Below, piece by piece: positions 55,801-64,000 of a DNA stretch of 64,000 nt (position 1 is its first letter; every line of letters begins with the position of its first letter). This DNA is from Tubulanus polymorphus. Lineage: Eukaryota > Animalia > Nemertea. The notes beneath the pieces are model-generated. The model did not search any database, was not told the origin of the DNA, and was given only the letters and a program-made list of their open reading frames with translations. The stretch spans positions 23,866,345-23,930,344 of the forward strand of contig NC_134028.1 in the NCBI RefSeq assembly GCF_964204645.1, written 5' to 3'. The translations under genes and the position numbers were made by a program.

Positions 55801-58700
55801 ACTTTCGGAAGGAGGATCCCGTAACCATCTTTCATCATCATTAAATCCTGAAATTTGAGAATAAATTCTTTTTTCATGAACTAAACATATCACGCTGCTT
55901 ACAGATCAGGGAATCCTAAATTCTTAAGGGATTAGCAAATCCGAAATTCCCTTAGCGGTGGCTGTTTCTTCTTAAGGGGTTTGTTGTGCCTCTCATCATC
56001 AGCAAGAACAAGACACCAGTATTAATTCGGATTCCATGACTTTTCTCTGATTTTCAAGAATTCCTAGATTTTCCCTGCAGGGAAAAAAAAATATAACCAG
56101 AATCCCTGATCTGAGAAATTATTCCTTCATTTGGGTTGAGATAAGGGAAATTGGTGTATATTTGCTAGTATTATTTCTATGCATATATTTGGATCTTTCA
56201 TTTGTTGTGATAAATGAATAATAACTGATTATAAATTCTATTGAAATATTATTCTTAAACCGTCCCTCTTGCCAGTAGGTATAGGGCTTCATCTTGTCTA
56301 TTATTAGAGATATTCCAAATACAATGATTTCTTTAACCCCTTCTGTGTGTCTACACCGCAGTGCGGTGTATATATAGGTGATGGACTTTGCTAGTACCCT
56401 GCATTGTGGTGTATTGATGTAATTAGTAATCAGTCTTTATCTCTATTGAAAGATGGCAGCACCTGTCAAACACAGTTGAATATTAGTTACTAATGATACA
56501 CCGCGCCGCGGTGTAGAGGCAATATAGCTGTATTCAACACACTGGAGTCGAATTTCTAAACAATTTTCAAATTACCTCTAGCACTTTAGGGTATTAGTTA
56601 GTCAGCACTGAAAGGGTTAAGTCAATATCAGTAAACTTTACGAGCCAGTGCGTCAATAATTCTTACCGTGTTGTCTCCGACGTACGCCGACGTCGCTCCG
56701 AGGTGAATTATCGGAGCCGCTTTCGTACAAATCGCTCCGAACGTATGAACGTGAGCCATCACGTCGTGTCGAAACTTGCGTTCCTCGACAGCGGCTCGAT
56801 CAAAATCGATATTATCAACGTTCTCTTCCATTTCTGTTAACTGATCATCGGATATGTCGAGTCCTAAAGTCTGAAATATAAAAATCCAAACAGTCTACAC
56901 AGCCACACAGAGTTAATAAGGAAATGTGTACATCTTTCCTTCCTTGCTCCAGGGCACAGGGACTTGTCACGACTGATAATGGATGAGACCAATGATGGGG
57001 GTACCAGTATCCCTGCAACTGTATAATAAAATAACAAGGGTGGCAACAAATTTTCAATCTGACAATGACTTCTCCACTTCAATCGACTGTAATTCCAAAA
57101 ATTCTCAACCGATTCACATGAAATAAGCTTTAATACAACCTAGTTGACTTTCTGCTTCGAACGAGCCTACAACCACTACTCTCCGACAATTATCTCACAA
57201 CGAAATCACCTTTTTTTGACGAGAGATAGCTCAAAATGGAGGTGTACCGATTCTATGGTGGACAGCAAAATGGTCGTTTTTTTCAATTCAAACGATGATT
57301 TCTATGTGAGATCTTAGAGAAAACCCCAACAAACCATACATTTTTAAAAACTACGCGGTCATACCTGTACGCTAATCTCATTTATTTGTATAATCCACGC
57401 GATGGGTGAGCTCACAAGCTCAAAATCGAAAATGAGGACGAACACGGCGTTCAACTTGTCATCAACTGGGCGGCCATTAATCACGTGATATCGTAGTAAC
57501 GGGCTAAATATTTCACGCGCATTGATTGGCTTAGAGATTTCGAAAAACATTACAAAATTTATTAAAAGTTCTGTTAATTAATAAAATATCCGTATTATGA
57601 AAATGTAGTGCAACATTCGTCTGAGGGGTGGTATTATTAGCAAATATTTCCTTTTTTCAAGTCTACAGACGTAGACTTGTCGCGGTTCTATTAACATAGC
57701 CCGAACCTGCACGTCACGTGATTAATGGCCGCCAGCGCGATAGTGCGAGGTGACTTTTTCGTATATTTGTTCGATTTTGAGCTTGCGAGCTCACCCATCG
57801 CGTGGATTATACAAATAAATGAGATAAGCGTACAGGTATGACCGCGTAGTTTTAAAAAATGTATGGTTTGTTGGGGTTATCTCTAAGATTTCACATAGAA
57901 ATCATCGTTTGAAGTGAAAAATACGACCATTTTGCTGTCCACCATAGAATCGGTACACCTCCAATTTGAGCTATCTCTCGTCAAAAAACGGTGATTTCGT
58001 TGTGAGATAATTGTCCTAGAGTGGTGGTTAAAGGCTCGTTGGAAGCAGAAAGTCTTCTAGGTTGTATTAAAGCTTATTTCATGTGAATCGGTTGAGAATT
58101 TTTGGAATTACAGTCGATTGAAGTGGAGAAGTCATTGTCAGATTGAAAATTTGTTGCCACCCTTGTTTTTTATATTATACAGGGATAGTGGACCTGGTCA
58201 TTGATATTGGTTTTATTCATTCACTATCAATTGTGACAAGTCCCTGTGCTCCAGGGCCCATTTTCTAACCTTATTGAAAAAAATAATTTATCTATTATAA
58301 GAATTGGCGAAGTAGCTATGTTGGTACAAGAATGATGCAAAATATCCACCGATGTATAAGTTAACAGAAAATACACAGACTACTCGAAGTGACTTACCTG
58401 CTGCGCTTTAGCTAAATATAACCACAGTTTGCGCCATGTGGAAAACTTCTTCTGGTCGCTGAAGTTGAATGACATTTCCTGACTGGCGTATCGAGCCACC
58501 AGCGGTGATCTGTACTTGTTGTGATCGGCATTACTGGTATTATCACTGGATGCTGCCGCGTGGACGCTAACTGTACTCACACCCGCCATTGCTGCTGCAC
58601 CACCATCCATGTTGCGCCGGTGTTTGGATGCTTCTTTCTGGCTCAGATAGTTATACACTTTTCTGTCACCCATTTTTGTAGCAGTTGTTATATCCGACAT
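52829..58700 (-). CDS. ADSL: Adenylosuccinate lyase, 12 coding exons
   Basis: [11 protein letters not shown]...[12 protein letters not shown] (58398-58700), [11 protein letters not shown]...[65 protein letters not shown]; stop TGA at 52829-52831. Confidence 0.98.
56337..56616. mobile_element. piggyBac-like MITE, copy 2, in an ADSL intron
   Basis: TTAA|ccccttc ... gaaaggg|TTAA. Confidence 0.85.
56955..58248. mobile_element. 1.3-kb fold-back composite element in ADSL intron 1: about 470-bp inverted arms (57019-57488 / 57714-58182) inside a short CAC...GTG element with an 8-bp TSD
   Basis: ctccaggg|cacagggacttgtcac ... gtgacaagtccctgtg|ctccaggg; long arms near-identical by eye. Confidence 0.9.
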
Positions 58701-60933
58701 ACTTTACAAAAAGTGACACAGAACAAAGCCTTCTACAAGTAGAATATATTTCAATCTTTATTCCGAATACATTCTATGTTACATATCCCCGCGGAGCTCG
58801 GATTCGAACCCCAGATCACCAACTCTCCCAGATATGCACCTATAGCTCATGTATTGTAGTTTTTAAGACCAGATATATTTTGAAAGTGTGAGAAATATTC
58901 ATGAATAATCATTTTCTCAAACACTAAGGGCTACGGCCTCGTTAAAGTGAGCGTGGGAATTGTTCACGGTCGGGTGAACAGTTTTATCATTTGCAGGCCG
59001 TCATGTGCTGCCCCTATGCATATCGCTGACGGTGAATGTGTGAACTAACTGGTTACTAACCTGCCACAGTAAGACTATAAATTGTATCAGATCAATCGTT
59101 CCATTACGATATCAATATCGGATCGGGCTCAACCTTTACAAATTTCGTTTTGGCTATCTCCAGTTCACAATTTATATTGAACCGCAGTCCCCACATTAAC
59201 AAGGCGGTCGAGATTTGCCGCGTTGACGTAGGGCCCTACGGTTGATTTAGCCTGAAGTAATCCTCGACCGGTAGTAGTTAGTATCCAGTCGCATTCTACC
59301 TTTGAGAGATTGCCGGTTTATTTCTACGAATTTCATTAATGAATCAATTGCCGTTACGGACCACCGACGTGAAGACTTGTCTTCGAATAAGACACGCATG
59401 TCGTAAAGAATTTTCGTAAAGAACCCGGGAAATTTGAATAGATAATCAACATGCCGATATAGCTACGATCCTAATACATCCACTTTTCGAGGATCTATTA
59501 AGATCTTTATCGCTACTAAAACAACAGAATTGCTTTATGGTGACAGCTATCCGGGAGCTAGTCAGCAGCCATAATATATCAAAAAAGCACTGGTCATTAT
59601 AAATTGCGCGGGGTGTGACAAGTTGGCCAAGTCCACTGGGATCGCTGTTCTATTCAAACCACACATTTCTTAAATAAGTTCATAAATTGGCCATCAGTGA
59701 CCACCACTGACCAATTCAAACTTCTCGAACATGAGAACGATATTCCGCGTTAGTGTCAGACTAAAAAGGATTCACCGTTGTAAATTCATAAATCGACCAC
59801 ACTGACCAATTCAAACTTCTCGAATATGAGAAAGAGTCACCACTGACAAGTGATAAAAGTCAATATTATCTATTCGAAGAAAACTCATGGTAGAAACAAC
59901 GATGAAATAAACAAAGCAGCTAGGTCAAGCCCAAAGGGCTTCATTTGAGTCAACCTTTGATCTCTCGTGGTGACCGTGTTCTCGGCGTCTTGCGGCCGCA
60001 TCATAGTGAGAATGCATGAAATTGCATGAATAGACGATGGACTGACGCCTCGACTGACCGTTAATTGATTTTTGTCATAATATGATCGACGTAATAGATT
60101 CATGATATTATTGGACATGAACGTGGGAAATGTTACTTAATTTGTTTGTTTTGTAGACTTTTTATGTAGTTTCTATATATGATTTTTAGACATCTAACAC
60201 GTGATTGCAACCCTGTATTATTGACTTAGTCATGGAATGACAGGCGCGTCACGTGTCGCGGTTGCAACATACGTAGTCGCAATTATGTTAGTTTTCATCA
60301 AGTGAATGGCTGTCCTTTCTGCAAAACAGGAATGAGGGTTTGAGACAGACCATGAAGACGCCGAATGGCAAGCGCAGAGTTCTGAGGCCCCGACCCCAGG
60401 GGCAGGCCGAGTACGTATCCCTTGGTAGGACTGAACGTGGACCAACATTTTCTTCAGTTTTAGCAATGAAAAGCTTGAAACGAGCCCACGTGTGACTGCT
60501 GATGTGGTTCATCTGGAAGAACCTAGGAACCTTAATCATTTTTATTTTCACGGGTAGGCACAAGGCCGTATCGTCGGTCGGGTGGCACTATTTTGCCGCA
60601 CTTTCAGGACATTATTTGCTCGGGCGAAATCAACGATCCCGGCCGTACGAATTATCCAATCGGGTATTTCCAGTACTGGGTCCAATTATTTCAGATCGTA
60701 TTTTGGGTTCTCCGCCAATGATATGTTTTGGGGCAGGGGGCAGCAAGCTAAGCGCCGCGCGCCGCGAGAAATCCGACACAGGGCCACTTTTCTACTGTGG
60801 CATGCGAGTAATAGAGTCAAATTGATGCATTTCAAGGTCGTTGACCAGTTGTTACATCATTCAGTGCCCACGTATCTTAGTCCTTATGTTGTCCCGTGCA
60901 TTGCATCATTCCCGTGTGATAAACAGAAGACTG

Positions 60934-61689
60934 ATGTCGTATTGTAGCTGGTCTTACGGTGAAAAATACAAGGACCATTTTGAAAATGGTAAAATTCATG
61001 CGTTTTAATCTAAATCGATGTATTCTTCTCATTTTCTCTAGTCTGTCAAAATAACGTTCATTATTGACAACTTGTTTTTGTAGGTGTCTATGTATGCGTT
61101 AAATGCGATCATCCTCTGTTCTCGAGCCAGGTGAAGTATGCACATGATTCAGCGTGGCCGGCATTCACAGAAACTATTCGTGAAGACAGCGTATCAAAAT
61201 ATCCGGAACCTGATCAACCCAAAGCGCTCAAGGTAAGATGTGATCATTCGCACATGATTTGAACTGAACACTGTCTCTGGTTCCACATAAACTCCGATCT
61301 TCTATTAATTGTTGTTTCTCAGTTATCGTGCGGTAAATGTTTTGCTGAATTGGGACATGAATTTCTCTGCGATGGACCGAAGGAAGGTCAGTCGCGTTTC
61401 TGAATATTCAGCGAATCGATGAAATTCCTACCTCATAATAAACCCGGTAAGAAATGATAATATTCTAATTCAATCAACATAAATCAGGGGCCAGTTCCAC
61501 AGTTAACATGTAAGTTAACATGTAACAGTAAGTGGACATGTAACAATAGAATTCCAATTGTCACTATACCTATGTGAACTATGTATAACCAACTTTGAGC
61601 AACTGGTCCCTGGTATCTTGACTATGTTTTCCAATTGAATGATTAACTTATTTAAATTCTTTTTTTGTATTACAGAGAAAAGCAAGTAA
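60934..61689 (+). CDS. MSRB1: Methionine-R-sulfoxide reductase B1 (selenoprotein R/X), 113 aa, Sec encoded by TGA 61401-61403
   Basis: Exons 60934-60988, 61084-61232, 61323-61446, 61676-61689: [26 protein letters not shown]...WPAF...[27 protein letters not shown]. Two CxxC zinc pairs and the N-terminal Cys4 are present. Confidence 0.96.
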
Positions 61690-62053
61690 ATTGTCGCTAA
61701 TTGCCTGTCCAAACTTCACAGCAAGATGCACCTCATTGTAGAGTGTTTTGGAATTTTAATCAGTTTTAACAGTGGTGCATCCAGAACATCGAAGTTCCCC
61801 CATGGGATAAGCAAGCCCTTCAAAATTGGACTCTGGATCCGCCCCTGTTAAGCTTCCAATTGTCTGAATAAAAAGACAGATTTACTATATTCTAATAATT
61901 ATGCATTAATAGGTCCATCTCTGAGATCGATTTAACTTCTGATTTATTCAGTTGATTGATTTAGGGCTCAGAGTGGATCCTTGTAAAGAAGTGTAATAAT
62001 CTTGTATTGTTGAAGGATGATGGAAGATTTTTGTTGATTTTACCGAATTGTTG

Positions 62054-62151
62054 TGGACAAAAGTTCAGCAGTGTGTATGAAAGCTTGCAGCTCAAATCCC
62101 TCAACGGGATCGCTGTATAATGGATGATTAACTGGCTGAACTTATTGTCCA
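62054..62151 (+). promoter_or_regulatory. SECIS element (type II) in the MSRB1 3' UTR
   Basis: Long lower stem tggacaa-aagttcagc / gctgaactt-a-ttgtcca; AUGA at 62077-62080; 13 nt to AAA at 62094-62096; apical ministem tccc/ggga; upper stem tgcagc/gctgta; 3' GA at 62123-62124. Confidence 0.82.
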
Positions 62152-63420
62152 TTTTACAAACGGTGTCGACATCAATGTGAAGATACACAGACGATCTTAA
62201 ATGTAGGTCGGTATCAGAAATTGTTTGTAGTTCATAACGTGAAAATTTTCGTTTTGACATCAGTTTGAATTGTGTATAAAAACTTTGGTTTTTATATTAA
62301 CTCAAACAAAAATCTGAAAATGGAAATATGTTGAATATTTTTTGTCAGGTTTTGAGCGAATATTTTTACAATACTAACGTCCTTACAGATTCTGTAAGTA
62401 GATATTTGTAAGATATATATGTGTAAATATTTTTGGGTTATACTGGTATTTTTACTGATCTCAATCGGAGTAGTTTTAGCTGTGTGTTCAGGGTATAATA
62501 TACAGTTGTTTTTGACACAAATAAGCTTTTTACACAACAGATACATGTACCTGTACATTAGACATTAGTTCTTAGTGATAGCTTTATATTCGTTTGATAC
62601 AGTATAATTGTCAGATCTATGTAATACGCGTTTGCTTAGATTTGTCATACAAAAAGAATTATCTAAGGATATTTACATCTTAGTAACATTCATATATAAA
62701 AGGATTATACGATTAACTGTGCACCTAGTCACTGGATGTTTGGTGATAAATCGATAGATAAATGATATTGATGTATTTTACTCGTGTATCAGGGTAAATT
62801 GTATTGTATTGTATTGTTAATAATGAATTCATTAAACTAACTAACGGGCCTGGGTGATGCAGTTCTTTGATCGAATTTAACCTTACAGTCTTCATTCAAA
62901 TGGAACTTGGAGTTAAATGTGAGATTGGGTACCAGCATTTCCATTGAGGAATGGGGTTTTGGGAATTATCGAGTTTAAAGGACTCTATAGTTTCCACTGA
63001 TAAGAAATAAAATCTAGGAACACCATCCTTGCATCCGTGTAACAGCTGCGGTCCCGGTGTTGCATTTGTTATTTGTAGTGTATATATGTATATATATATA
63101 TATATATGTTATAGAATTTCTTGTGTGGATTAAATAAAATCATAGATTATAGAAAATGCAGTAAATCATCTTTTTTTCTCATCCATCTTTGTCGAGGATT
63201 TGTTTCAGCGAATGAGGCAGGCCGTGGGATAATTAACTATAGGATTGCCTAAAAGCCACCTGATAAAGTAAAATTGACAGTACCGCAATTCCATTATTAA
63301 AGAAATCGATCTGATTTACGTGATTAGAGTTCAGCCAATAGGATTTTATCGCATTCCCAGATAAACTTCTCGTATCTCAAATGATCGAAGTTGATCTGCT
63401 GGATTCATCGCGTCAGCGTC

Positions 63421-64000
63421 ATGAACCGAACTACACAGAGCGTTTTCTGGCTTTGCTCGGCTGCGACAAATCGCAATCTGGCAATAAAGTGGGATTATAA
63501 ATTCAGCGTTTTAATGTACCTTTGTTTTTATTTCCCCGCTTGTTTACTCGGATTGTTTTGTAATATATTCACGTTGTTTATTTTACGACTGATGAAAGGT
63601 GCCGCGTATTATTTGTTAAAGGTTCTCGCTATCGGCGACCTATCGTTCATGCTAGCCGCCTTCGTTATGTACCCGTTAAGAACCGCCTTCATCTACGTTT
63701 ATTTGGGGGACGTTGTTTTTCGCATAGACGATTGGCATTTTGGAAAGGTGTTCATCGCTATCGCCTTGCCTCTTTTTTACACATTTCAAATGACCAGGAA
63801 TTGGCTTGTTGTTTTGTTAAGCTTCGAACGAGTGATCGTCACGACGTTCCCACTCAAGTCCAGATTATTCTGGACGCGAAAGACTGTAAATCTAAGCATA
63901 AAGTTTATCCTTTTGGTTTCGATTTCTGGGTATGCTTTGCACTTCGTCCCGTCCGCCATTCCAAAACCATTTTTATGCCGCGAAGAATGGCGGGATGTTC
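63421..64000 (+). CDS. Rhodopsin-class GPCR (FMRFamide-receptor-like / invertebrate expanded type), intronless here and 3'-truncated by the window
   Basis: Open frame from ATG 63421 to the window end: N-glycan site NRT, TM1 LLGLFCN, TM2 LAIGD, TM3 WLVVLLSFERV followed by FPLK. It is absent from the ORF track, probably because no stop is reached. Confidence 0.88.
   Translation, partial: MNRTTQSVFWLCSAATNRNLAIKWDYKFSVLMYLCFYFPACLLGLFCNIFTLFILRLMKGAAYYLLKVLAIGDLSFMLAAFVMYPLRTAFIYVYLGDVVFRIDDWHFGKVFIAIALPLFYTFQMTRNWLVVLLSFERVIVTTFPLKSRLFWTRKTVNLSIKFILLVSISGYALHFVPSAIPKPFLCREEWRDV

Noticed and set aside
59100-60850. GC-richer segment with several short ORFs between ADSL and MSRB1
   Set aside because: No recognisable domain or consistent exon chain. 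It is probably 5' UTR intron or decayed repeat, and remains unexplained.
61401-61403. In-frame TGA as evidence of an MSRB1 pseudogene
   Set aside because: It sits at the known selenocysteine position, conservation continues after it, and a SECIS is present.
62820-63265. Alternative SECIS candidates at AUGA sites near 62824 and 63212
   Set aside because: Poor helix pairing compared with the 62054-62151 element.

Overview
This is AT-rich, intron-containing animal genomic DNA, probably from a marine invertebrate; nothing prokaryotic is evident. Ten genes were reconstructed by hand from GT-AG splicing. In order: two tandem intronless SAM-dependent methyltransferases, MAD2L1 (+), an SDR9C/BDH1-like dehydrogenase (-), an atypical minimal ADAMTS protease (-), an orphan secreted four-helix cytokine-like precursor (-), SUZ12 (-) head-to-head with CLEC16A (+), ADSL (-), and the selenoprotein MSRB1 (+, in-frame UGA plus a 3' UTR SECIS). 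The window ends in the 5' part of an eleventh gene, an intronless rhodopsin-class GPCR. Introns and intergenic DNA hold many MITE-like elements, palindromes and minisatellites. The strongest leads are the Unpaired/IL-6-like helical cytokine candidate with nearby STAT-type sites, the neighbouring ADAMTS with Asp as third zinc ligand and no disintegrin-like domain, and a poly(A) signal lying between the MSRB1 stop codon and its SECIS. Coordinates were counted by eye and may be off by a few bases. No database searches were run.
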